A stretch of 64,000 nucleotides of DNA from the human T2T-CHM13v2.0 reference genome, Homo sapiens: NCBI RefSeq assembly GCF_009914755.1, contig NC_060925.1; one strand, given 5' to 3'. How positions within the stretch are numbered: position 1 is the first letter of the stretch; the number at the start of each line of letters is the position of its first letter. The translations under genes and the position numbers were made by a program. Positions 29,940-44,730 of this stretch are shown here, in pieces. The notes under the pieces are model-generated. The model did not search any database, was not told the origin of the DNA, and worked only from the letters and a program-made list of their open reading frames with translations.

Positions 29940-31095
29940 ATTAAAAAGAAAGCCACTGTCCCAGAGGACTTACTCTATGACAGAAGGATAGGGTAAACAA
30001 ATATACAAGTGGCAAGTTACGGGGTCGCAGTATCACAGGAGAAGGGGGAATCGTTGCAATATATAAACATCTGAAAAGGGACACAATTAAAAATACAGCT
30101 CATAAGGCAAAGATCTGGAGGAGGTGGGGAGACACAGATATCTATGGAGGAGAGGTCTGAGAATAGGGGACAGCAAATATAAATATGTTCCCCTGGCATT
30201 ATGGAGGAACAGCAAGAAGGCCAGTGTGGGTGCACAGCTCTGAACAATAGGGAGAGTGGTCGTTAAGAGAGGGTGCTGTAGGCTCATGAAGTGTCTTGTC
30301 CACCTCTACTCTGAATGAGATGAGGAACCATTAGAGAGTTCTTAATCTGACTTGCGTTTTCAAAGGATCACTCTGGCTGTGGTATAGAGCAATCATTAGC
30401 CAACCTTTTGGTCTCAGGGCATTTGTACTCAAATTATTGAAAATTCCAAAGAGCTCTAACCCCTAAGAGCTCAGAAATGTAAATCTGATTATTTATTAAT
30501 TTTAAAATAACAATAATGCCACTGAATGTTAACACAAGTAACATATGTTTTGAAATTATATTTTCCAAAACAAAAGAACAAAAAGATGTCAGTGTTTAAG
30601 TTTTTGCAAATGTCTTTAATGTCTGGCAATCAGTCTGTTCACTGTCATGTATCATGTAGCCTCTAGAAAGCTTCACTGTGCAGTCACAAGACAATGAATT
30701 TAAAAGGCCAATAATGTTTAGTATTCTTGTGAAAATAGTTTTGACCTCACTGATTCCCCAAAAAGGCACACTGTGAGAAACAATGGTAAAGAGTAGACTA
30801 ACTGTAAGAGACAAGGATGGAACCTATTATAATAAAACAAATGAGACATGCTGGTGCCTTGGGTTATAGCAGAAAAGGTAGGGAGAACTGGTTAGATTCT
30901 AGATAGATTTTAAAGATTGAGCCTGCAGGTTTTGCTAACAGAATAGACCTGAATGTGAGAGAAAAAAATTTAAAATTGACTCCAAGGTTTTGACCCAGAG
31001 GACCTGCAAAGATGGATTTCCTATGTACTGAAATATGGATGGTTGTGGAAATAGCAGATTTGGAGTGAAATTAACAATTATTTTGGACTCGTTAA
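29940..31095 (-). mobile_element. L2 fragments split by a Charlie1b
   Basis: GGCCAGTGTGG, AAAGGATCACTCTGGCTG and GACTCCAAGGTTTT L2 motifs. Confidence 0.65.
30390..30785 (-). mobile_element. Charlie1b (hAT DNA transposon)
   Basis: CTTTTGGTCTCAGG...TTTTTGCAAATGTCTTTAATGTCTGGC...AAAATAGTTTTGACCTC; same family as 59709-61457. Confidence 0.75.
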
Positions 31096-31097
31096 TT

Positions 31098-31665
31098 TCA
31101 ATCCAGCAGTATCACTGCTAGGTATCTACCCAAAGGAAAATAAATCATTATATCAAAAAGCTACCCGCACTTGTATGTTTATTGCAGCATCATTCGTAAC
31201 AGCAAAGATATGGAATCAATCTAAGTGTCCATCAATGGATGACTGGATAAAGAAAATGTGGTATATATACACAATGGAATATTATTCAATATATATACAC
31301 AATGGAATATTATTCATCCATGGAAAAGGATGAAATCATGTCTTTTGATGGATAGACATGATAGAACATGGATAGAACTGGAGGCCATTTTCTTAAGTGA
31401 AACAACTCAGAAACAAATAGTGTATGTTTTCATTGAGAAGTAGGAGCTAAATAATGTGAACACATGGACATAGAGTGGAATAATAGACATTGGAGACTTG
31501 GAAGGGTAGAAGTGAGGAGGCAGCTAAGGGATGAGAAATTGCTTAATAAGTACAATGAACATTATTCAGGTGATGGTTACACTAAAATCCCAGACTTCAC
31601 CACTACCCAGTATAGCCATGTAGCAAAATTGCACGTGTACCCTTTAAATTTATACAAAAAAAAGA
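31098..31665 (+). mobile_element. L1 (MA/PB-type) 3' end
   Basis: ORF2 C-terminus/3' UTR motifs; internal tandem duplication ATATATACACAATGGAATATTATTCA. Confidence 0.85.
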
Positions 31666-32114
31666 GAAATGTCTACTAAACTTCCAGTTGGAAATGTCAA
31701 GTTGGCAGCTGGATATTTAAGTCTCAATTCAGGGGATGGGTGTCTTACTCCCTTTATATTCCTCAATACTTTTTAAGGAGAGAATACATAAAAATAAATT
31801 TTCTGTGTCCTTCTATGTCTGAAATACACTATTTATTCTACTCTCAAATTTGAAAGTTAGTTTGGTTGGGTACTAAACTCTACATTGACAACCACTTTCA
31901 CTAAGAATTTGAAGGCTTTTTACAACTATTTTCTGGCATACAATATTGTTGGTGAAAAGTGTAATACTGATCTGACTTTTGTTTCTTTGTATGCACCCTT
32001 TTACCCTCTCTATTTGCTGCCTCCTCCAAGCTTTTAGGATCTTCTCATTATCCCCAATGTTCATGACAGTATGGGTCTTTATTAATTCATTGTGTGCTAG
32101 CACTTTAGTAAGCC

Positions 32115-32248
32115 TTTTTTTTTTTTTTTTTTGAGACAAGGTCTTGCTATGTTGCCCAGACTGGATTTGAACTCCTAGGCCCAAGTGATCCTCCTTCTTC
32201 AGCCTCTTGAGTAGCTGGGATTACAGGCATGAGCCACCATGCCCAGCT
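32115..32248 (-). mobile_element. Alu monomer (FLAM-like) within an old L1 fragment
   Basis: Poly-T plus a single arm. Confidence 0.85.
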
Positions 32249-32722
32249 AGTCAGCAGCCTTTTTAATATGAAGTCCCATGTCCTACAGTTTGGGAAATTT
32301 TTCTTGCACTCTCTTCTTGATACCTCTGTGTCATTTTCTCCTTTCACTCTTTAGTTAATTTCCATTATTCAAACATTGAATCTGGTGTCTGTATATTATT
32401 TTTCCCCGTCTGTTTTTTTTCTACTTTAAGATGAATTTCATCAACATTATCTAACCTTATGCTGATTTTTTCATTATCTTATTTTTAATTTCCAAGTTTT
32501 TTTCGGTGTGTTTATTTTATAAATACAGTATCTCTTGCTAGCTCTCTGAGAATATTAATTATAGTTGGGAAGTTTTTAAGTGTGAACTCCTGCTCTCTGC
32601 TTTACTTTCGGTTTTAGTGTGTCTTTATTTGTTCCTTTGATTGTGTATTTGTCTTATTTATATCTGTCTTTCAGTTGGAGGCATTCCTCAAATGACTGAT
32701 GATCTATATCTGTGTCTTCAAA

Positions 32723-33030
32723 TGTCTTAGTTTGTTTTGTGCTGCTATAACAGAATACCAAGACTGGATAATTCATAATGAATATAAAATTTTGGGCTTA
32801 CAGTTCTGAAGGCTGGGATCCCAATATCAAGGTGCAGGCATCTGGTGAGGGCCTTCTTGTAACATTATCATATGGCAGAAGCCATCACATGGTGGAATGG
32901 CAAAGAGCTAGAGAGAGCAAGAGCCAGAGGGGGCAAATCGACTCCCAAGATAACACTAATGCATGCATGAGGGCAGAACCCTCAAGACCTAAACAACTCT
33001 TAAAGATCTCCTTACTACCCTTGCTAACAT
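32723..33030 (-). mobile_element. MaLR LTR (MST/MLT1-type), partial
   Basis: TGTCTTAGTTTGTTTTGTGCTGCTATAACAGAATACC...CAAGGTGCAGGCATCTGGTGAGGGCCTTCTTG. Confidence 0.8.
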
Positions 33031-34700
33031 GTATCCCTTACTTGTCTGTTGAAGATGATTAATACTAAGCCTGCATCCCATCTCAGAGGTGGGGAGGAAG
33101 GTATATGGAGGGCTCCTTTAAGGACACAACTCCAAGTTGAGTTCATCTTTTCTGTTTATATGCCATTGGCTAGGACTAAGTCCCACACCATACCTGCCTT
33201 CAAGGGGGCTGGAACATGTACTTTATTATTACGTAAAAAGGAGAGGCTAAATACTGGAAAACAAGCAGCTGTGTCTCGACTGTGATGCTGCCATCTTACA
33301 GCGAGAGGTACAAAGAGCACAGGGACATTGTAGTAGCTCACAACAAAGATTCAACATGAGGGCTCTTTCAGTGAACTTTCCTGAAGATTGTATAACTCAC
33401 CTTCCAAGAACTCTCCCTTGAGGGGACATGTTTATCTCACAGATTGCAGCTAGTTTCCTCAGCCTCAGCTGCTAACCATCCTGTAGACCCTATAAAGGCA
33501 GCTGTGTTTCTGGATCGCAGTGGTCAGAGGAACAGCCCTTCCATAAGCTGGCAATCTCCACATCATCGGGTCTAACTGCCTGTCAGGTGTGGGGTGGGGA
33601 TGGGCCCTTGCTCTTAAGCACCTGTTCATTAACTTTATCATTATTGGTATTAGCTATCGAGGCTTTCTTAAAACTTCAGGTCATGCTCTAGAGATGCTAG
33701 GTACTGAGTAAGCTCAAAGAGTCACATAGTCAGTGGGGAATCTAGTAGAAATGCACATTTGAGACCTCTGGGTTTCCAGGCATGTAATTCAAGAATTGGG
33801 GCAGTTTGGCATTTCACAGAGTTTGGTTTCTATATATCCATGCAACAAGCATAGGTAACACATGGAGTTACAGATAATTGATTGGGAGGAATTGGCCTTG
33901 AGGCAATTCTTGAGGCAATGGAAAAAATAGCAAATGTTTTCAAGAGGACACCACAATTTGGGGGTACTGTTCGGCACTTTCCATGAACAGCAGATATAGT
34001 GGAACATACAGTAAATTGGATTTTTTAGAATCCAGAAGATTCCCAAGAGAGAAGCCTAGCTATTTTTTTTATTCAAAGTTTATTAAACAATACAAACATT
34101 GTTCTAAAAAGCAAGAAGTCTGGAAATATTTTCTTAATTAAATAATGTAGTTGACAATTTTCACATTTACTGCCGGCTACTTATCCAAGTGTGCATGATT
34201 CAAAGGGGTTAAATAACCTGCCCAAAGTCACTAGCTAGTAGCCATAGAGCTAGATTTCAAACCTACGTCTTTCTGGCTATAAAACATACATTGTAACTAT
34301 TTCATTATATTATACAAAATGGTGAGTAGAGATGGCTTCCTTTTATTTTTATTTTTTAGATTAATGTGACCGCTTATGACTAAACTTAGAATTCTGAAAA
34401 TGCAGATGTCCAATGAGGTAGTAGTATATACATCTAAGGCAATAACAGGAGTCTTTTTTGTTTGTTTTACTGTTGACATATATTGCCTTGGACTAAGGAC
34501 TTCATATCACCCTAAGTGTACAAAACTGTAATCAGTTCATAGGAAGAGAATTTGTACAAAATTAAAATTTTGTATTAAAGTGCTATTACTATATTGTTGG
34601 TATCCTAAATAGCAACATATCCTGTCTTTATGAATGGTTTGCCTAACGTGGTAGTGGGCCCAGGAAGTAGTGACCATTGTGGTTTAGAAGATGCTTAGTA

Positions 34701-34999
<299 letters not shown>

Positions 35000-36286
35000 G
35001 ATGCTTAGTATAATGAAAAGTTACTAAGAATTTCTGAAAAATTTTCAGGGGACCTATTCTTCAAAAGAAGGGAAAAATTTTAAACCTGAACTGGAGTCAT
35101 GTACATATTAGAATATTTTATAAACAAAAACATAGTTGATAAGACGTGTCATTAATGTTAAGCAGCAGATTTACTTCCAGAGGATCTCAGGAATGAAGTG
35201 TATGACTGTGTGTAACTTTACATTTACTCAGCTTGACTATGATTTGTTTTTTTATTGAAATATACCATGCTTTCAAAAAGCCCCCTTGTGCCACATCCAA
35301 GAGCAGAATAGGTTCTTTATATAAGGAAACCACAAATCTTGAAAACAGCAGTTTCCCTTGATGTTCTTTGGCCACACTACTGTTTGGTTTAACTAGCGTT
35401 TCTGGTATTGGAGTTGTTTGAGTCTCAGAATGACTTTGCTTAGAATTTTTATATTTCTGCCCGACCTCTTCCTGTTGACATATTTGAACTGAATCAAAAT
35501 TATTTGAGTGATCATATAAGCATGTTAAATATAGCATTTGAAAACAGCCTAAGGGTCTGAAATATTAACTTATTCGGGTGTGTTTGCTTGGAAACCTGGA
35601 ATGAAGACTGTTTGAAAATATATTTGTTTTTAGAATATAATCTAAAAAAGGCTTTAAAAATTCTGAGGCTCAGTAAAGTTTTAAAATAGTAATTATTCAT
35701 ATCTCAACATCTCAGACGCCAAGGCATTTTATGTAGTGGAAATGGGGCAGGTGGTAGAATCACTACATTTTAAAAATATGCAGCTATGTCCTCATTTTAA
35801 GGAAGATTATACCTAAATACCATTTCTATTTTTATATCAGGATCACCTATGAACAGGATTTAGGAAATCCTCATTATCTTTCCAAAACTACACAATTGAT
35901 ATAAAATTTAACATTTGTGTCATTATTTTTCATTCTGAGTGATAAACTATAAAATGTTTCTTGAAAATATGTATGTACCATATGCTGAAAACAGGCACAT
36001 TTCTGACAGGGAAATGAACTACCTGTACTCTCATTTAGCTATTGGGTGAAGTGTAGATTCCACTGTTTAAATTCTTTAAAGTTTATAAGCGCCTGACCAA
36101 GAGGCTATAGAGCTAAAAGATTTATAGCCAAAGAATTAGGAGCCACTGCTAATGGAAAAGCAAACAAATTTTTAAAAAAAGTATCTGAGTATGTGTATAT
36201 TACACTCTAAGTATGATATATATTTAAAAGTGTCTCTGATATTATAATGAGAGTTAATAGGAAATTTTAGGTTGTGTCTTCTCCAG

Positions 36287-36287
36287 G

Positions 36288-36346
<59 letters not shown>

Positions 36347-36450
36347 TGTGATGAAGTCTTACTATGTTACCCAGTCTGGTCTCAAACTCTGGGGCTCAAG
36401 CAGTCCTCCTGCTTTAGCCTCCCAAGTAGCTAGACTGTGTCAGCCCAGCT
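36287..36450 (-). mobile_element. Alu monomer whose tail has become T~20(TG)~20
   Basis: Poly-T and (TG)n at 36287-36345, followed by a FLAM-like arm. Confidence 0.85.
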
Positions 36451-37569
36451 ATCCCAGTTTTTATGAAACACTTCTGTAAAGGAAAATACCCTTTCCTCCT
36501 AACTAATTCCTATATTCATTCAAGAAGGAATTCAACTCAGTTTTCAATTGTTTTGTTCTGTTACGGAATGTTAGGTTTAGTGACTTAGATTAACCAGTTC
36601 TAAAAACAGATTACCTGGGTTGTATGCAGGCCCCTCTGCTTACTGCTCTGTAACCCCAGGCAAGATATTGACCTTCCTAAGCCTCCATTTCTTGAGTAAG
36701 AGTAGGCTTATAGTACCTGGAGCCCAGAGATATTTGGGCGTTAAGTAATGTAATATGTATGATGCTCCTGACACTTCTAAGTACACAGTAAACCTTAGCT
36801 CGTGTTATGATGGAGGTGGGGTTTTCCTTTATACATAAAGAGAACTTCATTTTACAGTAACAGTAATTAATTGTTACTGTTAATAAAACTGTCAATAAAA
36901 TGGTAATGAACTGTTACTCTAAAATAAAATGCTTATAAATATGGACCCCATCAGAACTACAGTTTTAATGTTCAAAGGATCATCTACATTGAGAAACTGT
37001 TTTGAGAGGTAAATCATTGCTGTACATGTGGACTAGCTCTGTGTCATGCAAAAGTGTTACTGCTCAGACAACTAGGTCAGGGGCTGGGCATGCCAAAATG
37101 AGCAACCTGGTCTCTGCCCTTACAGAATTTACAGTGTGGGAATGGAGATAGTTGAGAATATAAATAACCCAGGGGAGTGAAGAGGTGAAGAGAGCAAGTA
37201 GGAAAGTGTTGATCTTGGACTGCTTATGAAAATACTCAGCCACGGGCTTCCAAAATAGGACACTGCAGCTGTGGTCTGAGACCCCTTCAAATATTATCCA
37301 AGCAGCGTGCTCTTCTTGAGAGAGGGTGGGCTGTCTGGGGAAGCCTGACAGTCCTGATGTGGTGATCTGGGAATGGGTGGTGTCCAGGTAAGTATTAACC
37401 AAAGATGTGATATTAAAATATAAATTCATGGAGTACTGAAATCATTTTAAGTGAGTAAACCCTGCCTTTGATAGGCCCAGATAAAGCTCTGGTTTTTCCC
37501 TAAGACCTCACTTAGTGCGTAGCTGTACTTTTTATCACAAACAGAAGAAACAGATGTTTTGGGGAGAAT

Positions 37570-37742
37570 AGGTCTCAACCTCACCTACATGTTGGAATCA
37601 CTTGAGGACCTCTAAAACAAAACAAAACAAAAACCTCATGCCTGGGCCCCACCCCAGCGGTTCTGATTTAACTGCACCCAGGCATCAGTGTTTTTAAAAC
37701 TCTCCAGATGATTCCAATGTGCAGCCAAGGTTGAGAGCCACT
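37570..37742. mobile_element. MER5A (hAT-Charlie MITE)
   Basis: GGTCTCAACCT...TGGGCCCCACCCCAG...GATTCCAATGTGCAGCCAAGGTTGAGAGCCACT. Confidence 0.85.
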
Positions 37743-38270
37743 CTTCCTCCCTATCCTAGGTTTTATTTCCCCCCAGATGTTCCCTAATAAATTTCAGGAG
37801 ACTAGCTCAGCCAAATTCTGTCAACAAGTTTTCCAATCAGAAGTTATTAATTTAATACCAGTCCATGTGTTTTCCCTTTGAAAACATGTGCACTTTCTGC
37901 ATTTCAGTAAGTAATGTTGGCTCCTGGAGAAATACTCATCTTAAGCTCCTAGTGGAGCAAAAGAACCTTTCTCATCCAGCACCCTGCCTCCAGACAGCAA
38001 GCTCACCATCAAAACATGATTCACTGTCCTATTTTTCACATCTCCTTGGCATGACCAACCCTCAGATTTCGTCCTGTAACCATTTATTTGGTCATTTAAC
38101 AATGGGTTGTTTCTTCCTAAATCTCTCATGCAGCAGTTTAAAGCCTGTAATGTGCAAAGTTGAAACATTTTGTATTTGGCACTGAAGTCTATCCATGGAC
38201 ATCCAGGCTCTGGACTCCTCTGGTAGCCTTTTGTATTCCTTTGCTTGTCTCAATTTACATAGTGTTTCTT

Positions 38271-38768
38271 TTTGTTTTGTTTTGTTTTCCAAGTTTCAGT
38301 TATTTACTAATCAGTGCAATCGCCAATAGATTACATCAACATGATTTCATGCATTTAGAGGAGAAGTATTTCCTGGTTAAGCGGAAAATTGTGTGGATGG
38401 CTTCTGGAAGACCTTCATTCTAAAGCAGCTTTATAGTGAAACATTTGTTAGAAATCTGGACCTTCTTTCTTCAGTTTGCTGTAATCCACAATTACTGAGT
38501 AGAACTTGTATTGATCATTGGGAGCCAGTTTGTTCCAGGGCTCTGGATTATTCTTTCTGTCCCAACTAACATCTGGATTGAACAATGCCAGACACGAGAT
38601 ACAGTGCTGCTCCAGTACCTCCAGCTCCAATGAATACAAAGAGGGAGATCAAGCTTAGATGCTTCTTGGACTGAGTGATGATGTGGTGGAGCATGTTTGC
38701 TGAAGAGGCCTCCGATTGGAAAGGAGAGAACCAGCCTAGCCACCAGGCTCTGGCCTAAGTAGTATCTC
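38271..38768 (-). pseudogene. Processed pseudogene of NDUFA4/COXFA4 (cytochrome c oxidase subunit)
   Basis: ATG at 38694: [33 protein letters not shown], then a 2-nt deletion, then [48 protein letters not shown] ending 38448; intronless; 5' and 3' UTR; degraded poly(A) at 38271-38288; perfect 13-bp TSD CATAGTGTTTCTT at 38258-38270 and 38769-38781. Confidence 0.97.
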
Positions 38769-38809
38769 CATAGTGTTTCTTGATAGGTTCTGTTTCTACC
38801 ACTTTACTC

Positions 38810-39860
38810 TTCTAATTAACAGATATCTGGTGAATGACAAATATGGGCCAGACACTCTTCTGGGCATTAGGGACAAAACATTTTGCAAATTGGGCAAAAA
38901 TTTCTGCCCTCCTGGGACTTGCATTCAAGTGGGAGGAGAGAGAAAAGGAAATGCATAATTAGCTAAAATATATATAGTATGTTCAAAGGTGTTAAGTGCT
39001 ATGGAGAAAAATAAGGCAGGGCAGGAGGAAAGGGAGTGCTATGGCTGAGATATGGTGTGATATTAAATTGGCTTTGCAGTATTATCTAAACAAGAGGAGG
39101 GTGAAGGCTTGGACCAGAGGAGTAGTGATAGAAATGGTGAAAAGTGGTTGCAATCTGGGTAAATTTCAGCAAGGCCTAAAGAAGGTGAAGGATTGAGCCC
39201 TGCAGATACCAGGAAGATGAGAATTCCAGACAGAGCTGTTGCAAATGCAAAAGCAGGAGTGAACCTGGGGTGCCAAGAAACCACTCTAACAGGGGCATCC
39301 GATCTTTTGGCCTCCCTGGGACACACTTGAAGAAGAAGAATTGTCTTGGGCCACACATAAAATACATTAATGATAGCTGATGAGCTAAAAGAAAAAAAAT
39401 CACAAAATCTCATAATGTTTTAGGAAAGGAAAGCTTGCAAATTTCTGTTGGGTCATATTCAAAGCCATCCTGGGCCACAAGTGGTCTGCAGGCCACAGAT
39501 TGGACAAGCTTGTGCTAGAAGGCCCAGTGTGGCTGGAGCAAAGCGAGTGTGCAGGAGAGGGCTATGAGACTGGTGTGGGGTGGGAGTGAGATTGCAGAGG
39601 GCCTTTTAGGACTTTTGTAAAGATTTTCGCTTTTTCACAGAGTGAGATGGAGAATTATTAGAGGATTTTGAATGGAGAAGAAACCCAGGATCATTCTGGT
39701 TGCTCACTTGAGATGACTCTCTAGGGGTCATTGGTAGAAGTGGAGAGACTAATCAGGAAGATATTGCAATAATCTTGCAATAATCTAATTGAGAGATGAT
39801 GGTGGCTTGGATCGGGGTAGCAGCTAAGATGGGTCAGAAATCGTTGGAATCTGAATATAT
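38810..39860 (-). mobile_element. L2 fragments with a MER30 insert
   Basis: GGCCCAGTGTGGCTGGAGCA, AGGATCATTCTGGTTGCT, GAGAGATGATGGTGGCTTGGA. Confidence 0.7.
39290..39512. mobile_element. MER30 (hAT-Charlie MITE)
   Basis: CAGGGGCATCCGATCTTTTGGCCTCCCTGGG...GAATTGTCTTGGGCCACACATAAAATAC...TTGGACAAGCTTG. Confidence 0.85.
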
Positions 39861-40057
39861 TTTTGTAGGTAAAACTTTTTGCCCTTATGTCTATGTAATA
39901 TTTTTTGATATTCCTCTTAAAATAGAGCCCTAAACTCCAGTAAGGGACCTGAATAATGCTAGTTATAGCAAAAGGTTAACTGTCTGACTCTTGAATACCA
40001 CAAATTTAGTATTGTGTTTTCAGCCCCCGCCATGGGGTAGATATTATTTTCCTATGT

Positions 40058-42683
<2,626 letters not shown>

Positions 42684-42686
<3 letters not shown>

Positions 42687-43385
42687 GTAGGCCTAGGTTA
42701 ATATACATGTTGGCGTCTTCGTTTTTAGTTAAAAAATTTAAAAAGCAAAATATAATAATTTAATAGCAAAAAACTTATTGAATAAGGAATAAAATATATT
42801 TTTGCGCAGCTATAAAATGTGTTTGTGTTTTAAGCCAAATGTTATTATGAAAGCATCAAAAAGTTATAAAGAATGTTTAAAGTTTAAAAAGCAAAAAAGT
42901 TGCAGTAACCTACAGCTTATTGTTGAAGAAAGAAAAATTTTTTTTATAAATTTAGTGTAGCCTAGGTGTACAGTGTTTATTATAAAGTCTACGGCAGTGC
43001 AAAGTAACATCCTAGGCCCTCACATTCACTCATCACTCACTTGCTGACCCATCCAGAGCAACTTCCAGTCCTGCAAACTCCATTCATGGTAAGTACCCTA
43101 TACAGGTGTACTATTTTTAATCTTTTATACATTTTTATTGTACCTTTCCTATGTTTCGATACACAAATACTTACTATTATGTTGCAGTTACCTACAGGAT
43201 TCAGTACAGGAAAATGCTGTACAGATTTATAGCCTAGGAGCAAGAGGCCAAACCCTATAGCCAAAGTGCGTAGTAGGCTATACCGTCTAGGATTGTATAA
43301 GTACACTCTATGACATCCACACGACAAAATTGCCTAATGATGCGTTTCTCAGAACGTATCCCCATTATTAAGCAACATATGACTG
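42684..43385 (+). mobile_element. Tigger3b/Golem (MER7), right half only
   Basis: TGTGTAGGCCTAGG...AAATTTAGTGTAGCCTAGGTGTACAGTG...right end TTAAGCAACATATGACTG. Confidence 0.85.
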
Positions 43386-43553
43386 CATTTTGACCCAAAT
43401 GATCAATGATTGCTATTGCACTGCTGTTGCTTAATAAACATGTACATTCCCTTCTTGCAGTCTTTACCTTATTCCATGGTAGGTCCCTGGAAGTTGACAG
43501 AGGCCGGCAATGTGAGTAGAGGAAAAAACATGATACTGTTAATAATATAAAGG

Positions 43554-43660
43554 AGACGAGTTAACGGGTGCAGCACACCAACATGGCACACGTATACATA
43601 TGTAACAAACCTGCACCTTGTGCACATGTACACTAGAACTTTAACAAAAATATATATATA
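43554..43660 (+). mobile_element. Very short (~100 bp) L1PA 3' end
   Basis: GACGAGTTAACGGGTGCAGCACACCAACATGGCACACGTATACATATGTAACAAACCTGCAC; flanks ATATAAAG(G/A)AG. Confidence 0.9.
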
Positions 43661-43999
43661 TAAAGAAGCCCATGATTCAAAACAAATGAGGCCCAGGACA
43701 GTTCTTGTCCCACTCCTCTCCTTTGTTCCTTCTCCCAACTCTCTAAATAAGATAGAATTGTCCTTTTCCAGCTCCATGCAGATCTCTCAGGTGGCCTCTT
43801 TGACTTCTTTGCTTCCTCTTTGCCCCTAAACAGGGTGCAGGTATCATGAGAAAATGCAGAGTAGTACAAAAGAAATCTGGTGTTCTCTTCCCCAAAACCA
43901 AGTGCACCTTACTCTAATTTCTGTTAGTCACATAAACATTTCTGTTACTCATTTTAATAACTGGAAGAATTTCAGGTTAAGTAGATGCTCATTTCTCAT

Positions 44000-44730
44000 T
44001 TCATTGGTTCAGCAATTACTTATTGAGTACCTTTTATGTGCCAGATACTGTTCTAGGCTCTGGGAGACAGGAGTGAACAAAACAAAGTCCCCATTTCTTA
44101 GGGAGCTTACCTTATGATGCAGCAGAGAGATAGAAGTATAACTAAATGAGTAATACCCGTATAGTACATCTGATAAAGATAATGCTATTGAGGAAAGCAA
44201 CTTAGGGAATGAAAAAGGGAGTGCTGGGATGGCATGCTCTTGCTTTTGGTGAGTTGGTACTAATATTTTCAATAGGGTAGCCAGAAAAGGTGTCTCCAAT
44301 AATGATATATGTGCAGAGACCTGAAGGAAGTGAGAAAACAATATTCATGCCAATATCTGGTGGCAGAATGCTCCTTGCTGCAGGAAGTCCTTAGACCGTT
44401 TTCTCCTCTCTATATGCTGCCTAGGTGGTTTCATCCTATCACTTTTTATAACCCTAATGACTCCCAAACTTCTATCTCTATCCCAGATCTTTCCTATCTC
44501 TAGTCCAGTGTATCCAGCTGTTTGTGGAGCCCCTCCACTTGGGTGTCTAGTAGACATCTCAGATTTCAGATGTCTCTATCCAAACTCCTTATTCCCCACT
44601 CCCTAAACCTACTTTCTGTAGCCTCTCACTCCCTTTATAAAATGGCAACTCCATTATTTCAGCTTCTCAACTTAAAAATATTGGACTCATAATGATTCTT
44701 CTCTCTCAAACCTCACACCCAATCCATCAG
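44000..44730. mobile_element. L2 fragments in both orientations
   Basis: TATTGAGTACCTTTTATGTGCCAG... and CTCCACTTGGGTGTCTAGTAGACATCTCA. Confidence 0.7.

Noticed and set aside
38566-38694. 42-aa frameshifted peptide from the NDUFA4 retrocopy that keeps the TM helix
   Set aside because: No adjacent promoter, poly(A) signal degraded to AGTAAA, and substitutions at conserved N-terminal residues; no evidence of expression.
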